DNA of 51,952 nucleotides from Clostridiales bacterium UBA4821 (GCA_002402315.1 DHFP01000147.1:1-51952); one strand, 5' to 3'. Positions 28,050 to 39,700 are shown, numbered from the stretch's first letter. Numbers and translations are program-made. The notes: generated by a model not told the origin, from the letters alone.

Positions 28050-29771
28050 TTACTTCTCAACATTCTTTTCTTGCAGGTTCACTGGGAGTTGAATTGTAAA
28101 TTCGGTTCCTTTCTCATATACGGATTGTACATATATCTTTCCTTTGTGCTTTTCAATGATTCTATAGACAATTGATAGTCCCAAGCCGGTTCCAACTCCA
28201 ACACCCTTTGTAGTGAATCCGGGGTCGAATATTTTTCCTATATGTTCCTGTTTTATTCCTATACCATTATCTTTTATCTTTATACACATCTCAGAACCCT
28301 CTACGTAAGTCTTTATCCATATTGTGCCTTTTTCCTTTATTGCATCTGAAGCATTGACCAGTAGATTCATAAACACCTGATTGAGCTGGTTAGGATAGCA
28401 CAAGATTTCTGATTTCTCACCATACTCTTTGATTATACTAACCCTGTTTTTCAGCTTATTGTTCAATAAGATCAATGTATTATCAATACCCTCATGAATG
28501 TTTGCAAGCTGATATTCGGCTTCATCCAACCTTGCAAAATTTTTGAGGCCTTTAACTATATTCATAATCCTTTCACATGCAAGAACATTTGTTTGATTGG
28601 CCTTGTCCAACTTCATAACAATATCATTTGACATCCGGTCTTCAGTAATATTAGGTCTTTCTTTCAACTTACCTATCAGGACTTTGTATAAATCAACATT
28701 ACAATTTATTGCCCCAAGCGGCGTATTTATCTCATGCGCAATCCCTGCCACAAGCATGCCCAACGATGCCATTTTTTCATGCTGTACAAGCTGTATCTGC
28801 GTCTGCTTAAGCTCTTGGTATGCCCTCTCAATTTCCTCATTAGAGGTCATAAGAATTTCATTAAGGTAAGAAAGCTCCTGCTGGCGTGCGTTTAGTTTGC
28901 TGTTTGCATCCTTAAGACTTATAACCATATTGTTGAACGACTTACCAAGCTGACCAAATTCATCGGAAGAATTGATATAAACTTCAGTCTCCAGGTTGCC
29001 ATCTTCTACTAAGTTCATTTTATCAATAAGGCTTCTGATGGGTTTGGTTATAGAGTTGCCTAATGCAACAGACAGGTACATCCCCAGAAAAGCTACTATA
29101 AATATTGAACCTAATGAGACATAGTTGGTACTTTTGTTTACACGGTCTAAAAGGTTTTTGCTATCATGTATGAATGTTTGTTCCAATTGATCTATGTTTT
29201 TCTGTAATTTCTCTATAATTAAGCTGCCATCATAATTAAGCTGGTTTTTTTTTGCTAAGTCAATCTGGTTCCTTGATATCTCAAGTTTAGCCTCTAGTTC
29301 CTTTATAAATTTATCATAATTGTCCTTGTTAATTGTAGTATTATTAATCCTTCCTGCAGTGCTTATCCCTGTCTCTTCAATTTCATCTGCTTCTGCCAAA
29401 CTGTATGACATTGCATTACGTGCTAGGGCATACTGCTTATTAAAGTATGGCGTAATTTTATCCTCAAAAAATACATCATACTTAACCAAATATATATCAA
29501 CCATATCCAGTAAATCATTTTCATTCCTAGCATGCGAGTTTGCTTTTATTGTATTTAGGTATTCGGTAATCTTATCTATGATCACCTCATGATTTTCTAC
29601 CGACCTATTATCCATCTGAAATAAGCTAGACATTTGATTTAGGTATAATTGTTTTGTTAATTTATTGATTTTAATCATTGACTGGGTTTTTAAATTAGAT
29701 ACTTCCAAATCTTTATTAAGATTCTCCAGACTTATATACAAAAAAATAAAAGTACCTATACATAATGCCAT
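28050..29771 (-). CDS. Membrane sensor histidine kinase (HAMP, HisKA, HATPase); true start probably upstream, near 29885
   Basis: DEFGQLGKSFN HAMP, AGIAHEINTP H-box, QVFMNLLVNA, DNGIG, FTTK..G.GTGLGL. Confidence 0.9.
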   Translation of the reverse strand: MALCIGTFIFLYISLENLNKDLEVSNLKTQSMIKINKLTKQLYLNQMSSLFQMDNRSVENHEVIIDKITEYLNTIKANSHARNENDLLDMVDIYLVKYDVFFEDKITPYFNKQYALARNAMSYSLAEADEIEETGISTAGRINNTTINKDNYDKFIKELEAKLEISRNQIDLAKKNQLNYDGSLIIEKLQKNIDQLEQTFIHDSKNLLDRVNKSTNYVSLGSIFIVAFLGMYLSVALGNSITKPIRSLIDKMNLVEDGNLETEVYINSSDEFGQLGKSFNNMVISLKDANSKLNARQQELSYLNEILMTSNEEIERAYQELKQTQIQLVQHEKMASLGMLVAGIAHEINTPLGAINCNVDLYKVLIGKLKERPNITEDRMSNDIVMKLDKANQTNVLACERIMNIVKGLKNFARLDEAEYQLANIHEGIDNTLILLNNKLKNRVSIIKEYGEKSEILCYPNQLNQVFMNLLVNASDAIKEKGTIWIKTYVEGSEMCIKIKDNGIGIKQEHIGKIFDPGFTTKGVGVGTGLGLSIVYRIIEKHKGKIYVQSVYEKGTEFTIQLPVNLQEKNVEK

Positions 29772-30103
29772 GACCGTAAGAAAGCCAAGCGTTAATTTTA
29801 TCCTTAGGCTTATATTAGCAAATCTAAATAAACCTAATATTCTTCTTGCTGCGGAATTATTTTTATGCTGAATCTTAGTACTGATCTGACATCCTTCTCT
29901 CTGTCATTAATTCTGTAGTAGTTGAAATTTTAAAGAATAGATTACAATAATATTTAAAGTTTAAAAAGATTTATAATCATATAGCAATATAATAATTACA
30001 TTGTAATTTTACCATAATATTTCATTTTTCATCAAGTATAAATATCACTATTGATAAATTGTTTTTTAAAATATGTTTTTCTGCCCTATATTCTTTAACA
30101 CTA

Positions 30104-31360
30104 TCATAAATATTTAACAGGCAGTTTGACAGTAAATTCTGTTCCTTTTCCATACTCTGATTGAACAGTAATAGTCCCCTTATGATCCTCAATAATTCTA
30201 TAAACAATTGATAATCCTAAACCGGTTCCAACTCCAACCCCCTTCGTCGTAAAACCCGGATCAAAGATTTTGTTTAAATGCTCAGGTTTAATGTCGGCAC
30301 CACTATCCTTTATCTTTATAAATATATCAGTAAATCTGGTATATGTTGTTATCGATATTGTTCCCGTCTCCTCAATTGCATCAATGGAATTTACCAGGAG
30401 GTTCATAAATACCTGATTAAGTTGGTTAGGGTAGCATAAAAGCAAAGGAATATCTCCATACTCCTTAATTACTTCTATCCTATTTTAAAATCTACTGTCC
30501 AGGAGAGTCAATGTACAATCAATTGCGCCATGTATATCAGTCTCTTTAAATTCAGATTCGTCAAGTCTTGCAAAGTCCTTTAGGCTTTTAACTATTTCTA
30601 AAATTCTTTTACTGGCAATTACGTTAATTCGGTTGGTATTTTCAAGTGTTAATACCAGGTTCATTGCATTGGCATCCTCAATAATAGGCTGGGTAATTTT
30701 TAGTCTTGATACAATACTTTTATAAAGGTCAATATTACAGTTTATTGCTCCAAGAGGATTATGTATTTCATGAGCTACACCTGCGACCAACATACCCAGC
30801 GATGCCATCTTTTCATGCTGAACCAACTGAACCTGCGTCTGTTTGAGCTCTTGGTATGCATCTTCAATTTTCTTATTATACTTAGCAATGGAGTTACCAA
30901 TTTTGAATGAAATATATGCTCCCATGATTATAATTGCAATTACGGAAACTATCGTAACAAAACGTGAAGTTCTATTTACATATCCCATAGCTTGATTATT
31001 TTGAGAAATATAAAGGTCTTCCAAAAAAATAATCTGCTTCTGCATATACTCTATGGCCTGTCCGCCTTCAAAGTTTAATTGCTTCTGTTTTGCAACATCT
31101 ATCTTATTCCTCGATATTGAAGCTTCCAGTTTATCCTCTAAGCCCTTCAAAAAATTATAATATTCATCAGTGCTTAGCCTTTTATTTTTTATGCTTTCTT
31201 TTGTTATGATTGGTAGATTACCGTTTTCAATTTCATCGGCTTCTGATAAACTATACGACATTGTATTAACTGATAAAGTAGATTGTTTATTATAGAATGG
31301 AATAACTTTTTCATTAAAATATGTGTCGTATTTATTTAAATAGATTTCAACTCTTTTATT
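30104..31360 (-). pseudogene. Decayed paralog of the adjacent histidine kinase
   Basis: In-frame TAA at 30485-30487 (DSRF*NRIEVIKEYG); 5' truncated, with similarity (VEIYLNKYDTYFNEKVIPF) ending near 31360; lacks HAMP. Confidence 0.85.
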
Positions 31361-31587
31361 GAAATCATAGTAAATATATAGGATTTGGCATGCTTTTTTA
31401 GTTTAAATTTTATTCAATATGGTTAACATATTTCCAATTTTTTTAAAGTTTTAAATGAAGTCGTTATGTGTTATAATCAGAAAGGTCAATATTTTTAAAG
31501 GTTTTGTTATAACCATGAAAAAAGTATATAATCAAATTTGTTCAGTTATTGTATCAATTTAAAATATTTAACATAAACTAAATTGAG

Positions 31588-31790
31588 ATGTTTCCTGGGG
31601 TGTTCGGAAGGTCTATAATTTTGAACCTACAAATGAAATATGGGAGTCCGGAGTTTAAGTAATATATCAGGCCACAGTTTAATTGGTTGACTTACAAGTT
31701 AACCCGGTGGAAGATAAAAACCCTTAACAGGGCACCCACCTAGCGAGAGCTAGGTGTCAAAATGTAGACTAACGGCATCTTGGGTTGCAA
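31588..31790 (+). ncRNA. ssrS: Probable 6S RNA
   Basis: 5' CCTGGGGTGTTCG pairs with 3' CGGCATCTTGGG; internal TTGAACC, GGGAG and GGGCACCCACC-hairpin-GGTGTCAAAA blocks match recalled Firmicute 6S RNAs; about 200 nt, non-coding. Confidence 0.75.
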
Positions 31791-31918
31791 ATAAATGTTT
31801 ATCCTGAAAGTATGTTCTCTTCCATATTTATTCTAAGATATTATCTCAAATAACCAGACAAGCACTTATATTACAGGTATTTTGGGGATATCCAAATCAC
31901 CTCCTGGAGTGAATCAGA

Positions 31919-32713
31919 ATGAAAAAAACACCTAAAGCTGCTATTTATTTTACTGCCTCCATTATGCTTATATTGATAGCCGGTATTGTATTTATGGTGC
32001 ATTATTTAAATAATAGACCGCTTGAATATGTTGCTTTCGGAGATTCTCTTGCCCATGGCTATCCTTATCACAACGAAAATAAAGCATACAGCTACACTGA
32101 TTTTATTTTAAAACAGTTAAATAATGTGGAGGAACTTAAAAATAAGGTTAGTTACACTAATTACGGAATCTCTGGCTTTACCAGTTCCGACTTGCTCACG
32201 CAGATATCAAACAACGATGTTTTACGCAAGGTCTCTAAAGCAGATATCATCACTATTAATATTGGCGGTAATGATATGCTTAGAGCGCTAAATAAATACA
32301 GCCTGGATGACTACGAATCAATCCTTGGCACTATTGACAAGTATGCAGATAATCTTGTCGAAATATTTACTGAATTGAGGGACAAAAACCCAAACGCTCA
32401 CATATACATGGCTAATCTTTTCATTCCGTCAACTAAGAATGACAATAGTATCAATCAAGATAAAGCCAGGTATATTGTCTCATATATAAATAGAATAATT
32501 ACCAATACCTCAAAGCCATATAATATAAAAGTCGTTCAAGTTGAATCCATATTCAAAGGTCATGAATTTGGAACGCCTGATTCTTGGTTTTTTGATCCAC
32601 TCCACCCAAACCAACGCGGTTACTCTGAAATGGCTAAACCGTTTTTTACTGTCATAACCCAGGACTTACAGACAGAAAACTTTGGAGATAAGCTTAGGGA
32701 TTATGTCCAATAA
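31919..32713 (+). CDS. SGNH/GDSL hydrolase with N-terminal anchor
   Basis: FGDSL, YGISG, IGGND, DPLHPN. Confidence 0.9.
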   Translation: MKKTPKAAIYFTASIMLILIAGIVFMVHYLNNRPLEYVAFGDSLAHGYPYHNENKAYSYTDFILKQLNNVEELKNKVSYTNYGISGFTSSDLLTQISNNDVLRKVSKADIITINIGGNDMLRALNKYSLDDYESILGTIDKYADNLVEIFTELRDKNPNAHIYMANLFIPSTKNDNSINQDKARYIVSYINRIITNTSKPYNIKVVQVESIFKGHEFGTPDSWFFDPLHPNQRGYSEMAKPFFTVITQDLQTENFGDKLRDYVQ

Positions 32714-32737
32714 TTTCTCAAAATGTAAATAAAGTTA

Positions 32738-32765
32738 AAAGGATTTTTAGGTGGTTCTATAGAAT
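32738..32765 (+). promoter_or_regulatory. SigH-type promoter
   Basis: AAAGGATTT-12 nt-ATAGAAT matches the Firmicute SigH consensus. Confidence 0.5.
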
Positions 32766-32798
32766 TCTATAGTATCAATTACCATCCTAAATGTTCAG

Positions 32799-34187
32799 GT
32801 GATGTGTATGAAAATGAAATCCCTCAAATCATTTCTACTCGCAAGTATTTTTCTCTTAATTTTATCAACTTACAACACATACCATGTCTATGCCTCCGGA
32901 AGTTCAATTACATATAGTCAAAAAACCGTATCAGTGGGTTCAAACAGCATTAAATTAAACATACTTGTAATTTCGGACTCAGATAATTACAGTTTTAAAG
33001 TAGTACATAACAATCCTGTTGGTTCTGTTAATGATTTAAAGAATCTGGTTGCCAAAGTGGACGGTACTGCCGGAGTAAACGGAACATTTTTCGATGCATA
33101 CAACTCTGACTCTACCAAGCGTTACCCCTACGGTATTTTGATTGATAATAAAAACATCATACGCGGGGGCACCAATGTATCATTTCTATCAGACGGAACC
33201 TTACGATTCGGCAAGCTTAATGTTGTAATTACTGGAAGTATTAATGGTTCTTACAAGTGGCCAAATAACTGGTATGCCTGGAATATTAACAACGTATATA
33301 AGAATAACCGGCAGTCGGTCATATTTACATCAGCATTTGGCAAGACTCCGGATGATGACAGTACTAATGTGATTGTAAGCAAGGGAGAAGTTGTTGAAAT
33401 AGTTAATGAACCCGTTACACCTCTGCGGGATGGCTACGTCATACATATTGGAACCGGAGAGAAAATTAAAGAAAGGTTCAAGATTGGAGATAAGGTTGAA
33501 TATAAGGTTGACTTCGAAATGGATGGACAACCATTTTCCTCCGATATAGTGTTTGCCGTAGGGGCAGGCCCAAAACTCCTAAGTAACGGGAATATTGATA
33601 TAGATTTTGAGCGTGATGGGTTTTCAGAAACCAAAATCACTTCTATGCGAACAGCAAGAAGTTTTATAGGAATAAATAAAGATGGTTCTATAATTATGGG
33701 TACAACACCAAAAGCCAGCATCAAGGAGCTTGCCTCAGCCCTTTCCCAACTTGGTGTAACTGATGCAATCAATCTGGATGGCGGTGCAAGCAGCGGCCTC
33801 TATTTTCAAGGCAAATACATAACCCAACCCGGCAGGCAAATAAGTAATGCCCTTGTTGTGGTCGAAAAAACATTCATTGAAGCATCTATTGTTATTGAAG
33901 GCAATCTCCTTTCGCAGAACGGGCTAATTAAAGAGGGAACTACTTATGTTCCTTTGCGGGGTGTGCTGGAAAACCTAGGTATTGAAATCACCTGGAATAA
34001 TTTAAATAAATCTGTGACTTGCAAGAAAGGTGAACAGGAGTTTATACTATCTATTAATAGTACCAAAAACTCGGATGGGTTTATGTATGAGTCAAAGAGT
34101 TATGTTCCTCTCCGGCTTATAAGTGAAAAGTTCGGTTACAAAGTAAGCTGGAATTCTCAAACCAAACAGGTAGAAATATCTAAATAA
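32799..34187 (+). CDS. Secreted phosphodiester glycosidase (NAGPA-like) with C-terminal copper-amine-oxidase-N/stalk domain
   Basis: VNGTFF, GAGPKLL, ARSFIG, AINLDGGAS; two YVPLR motifs. Confidence 0.87.
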   Translation: MMCMKMKSLKSFLLASIFLLILSTYNTYHVYASGSSITYSQKTVSVGSNSIKLNILVISDSDNYSFKVVHNNPVGSVNDLKNLVAKVDGTAGVNGTFFDAYNSDSTKRYPYGILIDNKNIIRGGTNVSFLSDGTLRFGKLNVVITGSINGSYKWPNNWYAWNINNVYKNNRQSVIFTSAFGKTPDDDSTNVIVSKGEVVEIVNEPVTPLRDGYVIHIGTGEKIKERFKIGDKVEYKVDFEMDGQPFSSDIVFAVGAGPKLLSNGNIDIDFERDGFSETKITSMRTARSFIGINKDGSIIMGTTPKASIKELASALSQLGVTDAINLDGGASSGLYFQGKYITQPGRQISNALVVVEKTFIEASIVIEGNLLSQNGLIKEGTTYVPLRGVLENLGIEITWNNLNKSVTCKKGEQEFILSINSTKNSDGFMYESKSYVPLRLISEKFGYKVSWNSQTKQVEISK

Positions 34188-34210
34188 AGAGTTGGCAGCA
34201 GGAGGTTTCC

Positions 34211-34885
34211 ATGTCAAGCAATAAAATTCAAGACCAATTATTATGTATATTTCACTCGCTCCTGGACCATTTTGGACCAAGGCATTGGTGGCCGGCTGAA
34301 ACCCCTCTTGAAGTAGTCTTTGGCTGTATATTAACCCAAAATGTTACCTGGAAAAACGTTGAACAGGCAATCTCCAACCTTAAGGAAAAGGACTTAATTA
34401 ATATTGATAGAATATTAGCCGTTCAGGATTGCAGCTTAGCTGACCTTATAAAAACTACAAGGTATTATAATCAGAAGGCATCCAGTTTAAAAAATTTTTG
34501 CCGCTTTGTCAAAACGAAATTCAATGGTAACCTTGATGAGCTATTTGAATTGAATACTGAAGATTTAAGGACTATACTACTTTCATTGAAAGGCATCGGA
34601 AGGGAAACAGCTGACTCAATAATTCTTTATGCAGCCAATAAACCTATATTCGTTGTCGATGCATATACTAAAAGGATTTTTTTGAGACTGGGTATTTGGG
34701 ATTATGATATGAGCTATGATGAAGTCCAAAAGTTGTTTGTCTCCAACCTTCCATCTGATACCTATCTCTTTAATGAGTACCATGCTCTGATTGACAGACT
34801 GGGCCATTATATTTGTAAATCCAAAACCCCCTGCTGCAGCCAATGTCCAGTCAGCCAATTCTGCAGGACACAATCTAGCTGCTAG
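34211..34885 (+). CDS. Endonuclease III-like HhH-GPD protein
   Basis: WWPAET, ILTQN, LKGIGRETADSI, VVDAY, C-x6-C-x2-C-x5-C Fe-S motif. Confidence 0.88.
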   Translation: MSSNKIQDQLLCIFHSLLDHFGPRHWWPAETPLEVVFGCILTQNVTWKNVEQAISNLKEKDLINIDRILAVQDCSLADLIKTTRYYNQKASSLKNFCRFVKTKFNGNLDELFELNTEDLRTILLSLKGIGRETADSIILYAANKPIFVVDAYTKRIFLRLGIWDYDMSYDEVQKLFVSNLPSDTYLFNEYHALIDRLGHYICKSKTPCCSQCPVSQFCRTQSSC

Positions 34886-35089
34886 AGTATCACTCAATAG
34901 TTTAAATTTATTATTTTTCACATTATATACCAGTAAAATATAGATTTTGTTAAATAAATATGTTATAATATTACTATAATTTATCATTTAAACTGTTCAA
35001 TAAGATTTTCTGTTTTTATTCATCAACACGTTCTATAGTTTTGAATTATCAAATAGTTAACATTTTGGCTTATGGGGGGAATTGACTAT

Positions 35090-36172
35090 ATGGCCGGACA
35101 GCTTCAGGAAAAGATTGAAACTTTTAGTATTAGTAATGTTACTCCAGGTATTAGAGTTTCTCAAGATATTAAAGATAAAAATGGATTTCTATTGGTAGGT
35201 GCAAACACAGAACTAACTGACCGCCTTATTGATAAACTTAAACAATTCGGTATAACCTGTGTTCCTGTTTTCGTTGCTCAACAAATTAGTAATGTGCCTA
35301 TTAATAATATTAATCTGAACGAAATATTCAGGGAACAACTTCTTAATAGTGTTAACACGTCAATAGTTAATTTTATTAAAAACGATACTTTTGTTGATAG
35401 AATAGTTCAAATCATAACCGATATTACAAAAGATGATATTTTAATGTCACTGCTGATCGAAATTAAGACTATTGGCCATAATGTTCTGATGCACAGTATA
35501 AACGTCTTTACCCTTTCTATGCTAATCGGACTAAAAAATCATTTTCCAGTAGACAGGTTAATGGTATTAGGACAATCAGCCTTACTACATGATATAGGTA
35601 AAAAGTTTTTACCCAGCGAAATCTTAGATAATGCGCGAAACCTTTCATCGGAAGAGAAAAAAGTCTTTGAACAACACGCGCTTTTTGGATTTGAATACCT
35701 TCAGTCCCTTGGGAAATTGCCTTATGAGATCTCAAGAATTGTACTGCAGCATCATGAAAGGCTTGATGGAAGCGGATATCCCGGCAAGCTATCCAAGGAT
35801 GATATTCATAAGCTTGCCCAGATAGTTGCCATAACCGATTCCTTCGCTTCAATAATTGAAGGTCAGGAACGCGCCAACAGGTTTGCCTTCGCCGAAGCTA
35901 TAGAATTTCTTCTTGGTTCCGGCGGAATTTACTTCAACTATGATTTATCAACCTGTCTATTAGATGAAATAACAGTCTACCACATTTATGACTGGGTTGT
36001 GCTCAGCAATGATGATATAGGAATTATAACCAAGATACACGACTCTACACCATTAAGACCTGTAGTCACTGTATTCTTTGATAAGTTCAAGCAAAAATAC
36101 TCGTTTCCAAAACAAATTGATTTAACTACCAAGACATATATTAATCTATTTATAAAGTGTACCTTAGACTAG
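35090..36172 (+). CDS. HD-GYP domain protein
   Basis: LLHDIGK and HHERLDGSGYP; GGGGGA RBS before ATG 35090. Confidence 0.88.
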   Translation: MAGQLQEKIETFSISNVTPGIRVSQDIKDKNGFLLVGANTELTDRLIDKLKQFGITCVPVFVAQQISNVPINNINLNEIFREQLLNSVNTSIVNFIKNDTFVDRIVQIITDITKDDILMSLLIEIKTIGHNVLMHSINVFTLSMLIGLKNHFPVDRLMVLGQSALLHDIGKKFLPSEILDNARNLSSEEKKVFEQHALFGFEYLQSLGKLPYEISRIVLQHHERLDGSGYPGKLSKDDIHKLAQIVAITDSFASIIEGQERANRFAFAEAIEFLLGSGGIYFNYDLSTCLLDEITVYHIYDWVVLSNDDIGIITKIHDSTPLRPVVTVFFDKFKQKYSFPKQIDLTTKTYINLFIKCTLD

Positions 36173-36174
36173 TT

Positions 36175-36208
36175 TGGATGGCATTGGGACAAGTCCCCCT
36201 GCCATCCA
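36175..36208. terminator. Hairpin between convergent genes (REP-like)
   Basis: TGGATGGCA..GGGAC-AA-GTCCC..TGCCATCCA. Confidence 0.55.
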
Positions 36209-36209
36209 C

Positions 36210-36731
36210 CTACAATGGCTTATACATTATTACCACGTCTCTTAATAAATCACCTAAAAGAATATGCTTCTCCATTCTTTTGATAGGAAAAAATCCTATC
36301 CGGTTCCAAAATGCTATACCGTCCTTATTATCCTCAACTACTGAAACGTATACTTTAGAAAGCTTAAAATGCTTACCTATATATTGGGTTAAAGCCTCTA
36401 TCGCTCCTTTTCCATAACCTTTTTTCCTATGACTTATATCAATTATTAATGAGTTAATCCATATTGAGTCATTTTCCTGATACTTTACACTTCCTTTCAT
36501 TATTCCAATCTTTTCATTATTTTTATTTACTATCCACAGAAAAAAATCATAGCTGCTTATTGCAGTCTCCAAATATTTTTTGCCTAAGTCGTTTAAGGTT
36601 AAAGGCTTGTCAATGCCTGTACCATACATATTGTCAGTTATATTGTTATACCAGTCCAATACTATTGGCAAATCTTTTTTGGTAATATTTAAAAATGTTA
36701 TGTCGGCACTATGGTATTCCAGATTAATCAT
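36210..36731 (-). CDS. GNAT N-acetyltransferase
   Basis: HRKKGYGK acetyl-CoA motif; N..GIAFW..IGF. Confidence 0.87.
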   Translation of the reverse strand: MINLEYHSADITFLNITKKDLPIVLDWYNNITDNMYGTGIDKPLTLNDLGKKYLETAISSYDFFLWIVNKNNEKIGIMKGSVKYQENDSIWINSLIIDISHRKKGYGKGAIEALTQYIGKHFKLSKVYVSVVEDNKDGIAFWNRIGFFPIKRMEKHILLGDLLRDVVIMYKPL

Positions 36732-36770
36732 TACTATCGTATCCTTTGAATTAAGTAGTTACTAGGCTAA

Positions 36771-39700
36771 TCAACTTGCCTTATCATTCATCTTTACCGA
36801 CACCAGCTTGGAGATTCCCCTCTCCTCCATGGTCACACCATACAAGGTATCGGCAGATTCCATTGTACCCTTTCTGTGAGTAACTATAATAAACTGTGTA
36901 TTGTACGTAAACCTTTTGATATAGTCTGCAAACCTGTAAACATTTAAATCATCAAGCGCTGCTTCAATCTCGTCGAGGATACAGAAAGGCGACGGGTTCA
37001 TCTTCAGTATAGCAAACAGCAGTACTATTGCCGTTAAAGCCTTTTCTCCTCCCGAAAGCAGCATCATGCTTTGCAGCTTTTTCCCCGGAGGCTGGACTTC
37101 GATATCTATTCCGCTCTCCAGGATATTTTCTTCATCAGCCAATTCAAGTGTTGCTCTTCCTCCGCCAAAAAGCTCTTTAAATACGTTATCAAAATTCTTG
37201 CTAATATGATTAAACTGCTCGATAAACTGCCTCCTCATAATTGAGGTCATTTCCGAAATTACTTTTCTAATCTTATCCTCCGATGCTTCGAGGTCATTTC
37301 TTTGATTGCTTAAAAACTCATATCTTTCTTTAGTTTTTGTATACTCTTCAATAGCAGCAACATTTACCGGCCCCAGGTCCCGAATCTGGTTCTTAATCTT
37401 CGCAATCTCTTTCTGGGCATTTTGTATGTTCTCAATTTCCTTTCTATATTCCATAGCGTTGTTGAAAGTGAGTTCATAGTCTTCCCACATTTTATTCTGT
37501 ATGTTTTCCATATCCATTTCTATTTTTGATTTTTTCAACTCAAGACGGATATTTTCTTCTTTCAAAAGTTCTATCTTACGCAAGCTTTCCATCAAAAAAG
37601 ACTCAATTGCTGAAAGGTTACTGCTGACATGTTCTTTCAGAAGTTTCTTTTTATTTAGCTCATCCTCTTTTTCCAGCCTGCTTTTTTTAAATTCATCTAT
37701 TTTTACAATATGCTCCTCAATTGCTGTTTCAAGCTGGGATTTCTCACCTGTAATCCTGAGCTTTTCCTGCTGCCTGCGGTCAATGTTCCTCTTGCATATA
37801 CCAATCTCTTTATCTATCCTTTCTATAACCTCCTGTAGTGACACAAGACTTTCATCTATGGATGAAAGAGATATTTTTATATTAGTAATATCGTTATTTA
37901 CCTTATCTTTCTCTGTATATCCCTGCCTGAATTTCTCTTGAAGCTTTCTTACCTGTTCCTGCAGAGCTTCAATTTCTCCATCTGATTTAGCAATGTATTC
38001 CTGCTTCTTTTCTATTGTAGGCTGGGCTTCTGTTCTTTGAGCCTCAAGCTGTTGTTTTTCAGACTTTAGCAAAATAGATTTTTCATCTATCCTGCCAAGC
38101 ATACTATCAAGTCCGACAAGTTTTTCTTCTTCCCTTGCAATTGCGACTTGCTTTTCTTTTATACTCTCATTAGCCAAGCCAACTTTTTCATCTACTGCCT
38201 TAAATGCTGCCTTGCGGGCCTCTATTTCCTGTTCAACCTGCTCAAATTCTTTCTTAAGCCGGTCTATAATTTCAGATAACTCCTTAATTTCCCTACCCCT
38301 GCCAAGAATTCCGGAAGCTTTGGAAACATTACTGCCGCCTGACATAGCGCCGGAAGTATTTATGATATCTCCTTCAAGGGTTACAATTCTAAAGCTGTAA
38401 CTGAATTTCCTTGCAATGGTTATACCATTATCTAAATTATCTACTACTACCGTACGGCCCAGTAGATTATTAATTACGCCCTGATATTTTTTATCAAATT
38501 TTATTAATTTTGAAGCTATCCCGATAAAACCCTGGCAGGAATTAATTTTGTCAACCCTTTCATCCAACTCTTTTCCATTTACTACGCTGACCGGAAGGAA
38601 TGTTGCTCTACCTAGATTTCTTTCCTTTAGGAAATTTATAGCTTTTTTTGCTGATTCTTCGTTATCGGTTACAATATTTTGCAGTGCTGCTCCCATAGTC
38701 ATCTCTACAGCAGTTTCATATTCCTTGGGAACAGTTATCAACTGTGCAAGGGCTCCATGTATCCCTGCCCTGAATGCATTGTTTCTTTCACGCTCTTCCA
38801 GAATACCTTTAACGCTCCTGGAGTATCCTTCATGTTCCTTCTCCAGATCACAAAGGAATTTATACCTGGATTGCTTATTGCTCAGTTCAATCCTGCATCC
38901 TTCCAACTTTTTATTCAGACTTGAAATATTATTACCCAGGTTAACTTTATCCTTCTCTAATTCCAAAATAGCATTTTTTTGAATATTTATTTCTTTATTT
39001 AATTTTACTAAACTATCCTTAATATCTTCCTTCTTTATTCTTTCTACATCAGCATCCAATACCAACTGCTGCAATTCTTCTTTTATCTGTTCTTCTCTTT
39101 TTTCCAAACCCTCCAATAGAACTTTAAGACTATTTATTTCTGTTTTTCTATCATTAATGAGATTTATTTTCTCAATTATTTCAGTTTTTAAAGCTTCTAC
39201 CTGTTCTTGTTCAGAGTCAATGCTTGCGCTGACTTTGGCAAGCTCTTCCTCCTTATTAATCAACTCTGAAGAAAATCTATCTTTATCCAGCCTTAGCTGT
39301 TTGCATCTCCCTTTCTTATGATTATTCTCAGCTTCAAGCTCCTGAATTTTCTGTTCGAATTCAGAGGTTTCCAGGTTTAGTCTTTCATTATTCTCTTTAT
39401 TGTTATCCATTCGCTCTTTGGCAACTTTAATCTCGGATTTACTTTGTTCTATACTGCTGCCTATATTGAATATTTGCTGCTGCAGGTGTTCCAATTCATT
39501 CTCAGTCATCTCAAATTGTCCCTGAAGCTGTTTTTTATTATTTTGATTTTCTTCAAATATTTTATGTTCCTTATCTATCTCGCCTTGAATATTTTCAATT
39601 TGAACTTTAATTTCATCCATCTTTTCCTTAAACTTTTCCATACTGTCTATAAAGACATTTACTTCAAGCACCTTGAGCCTTTCACTAAAAGCAAGAAACT

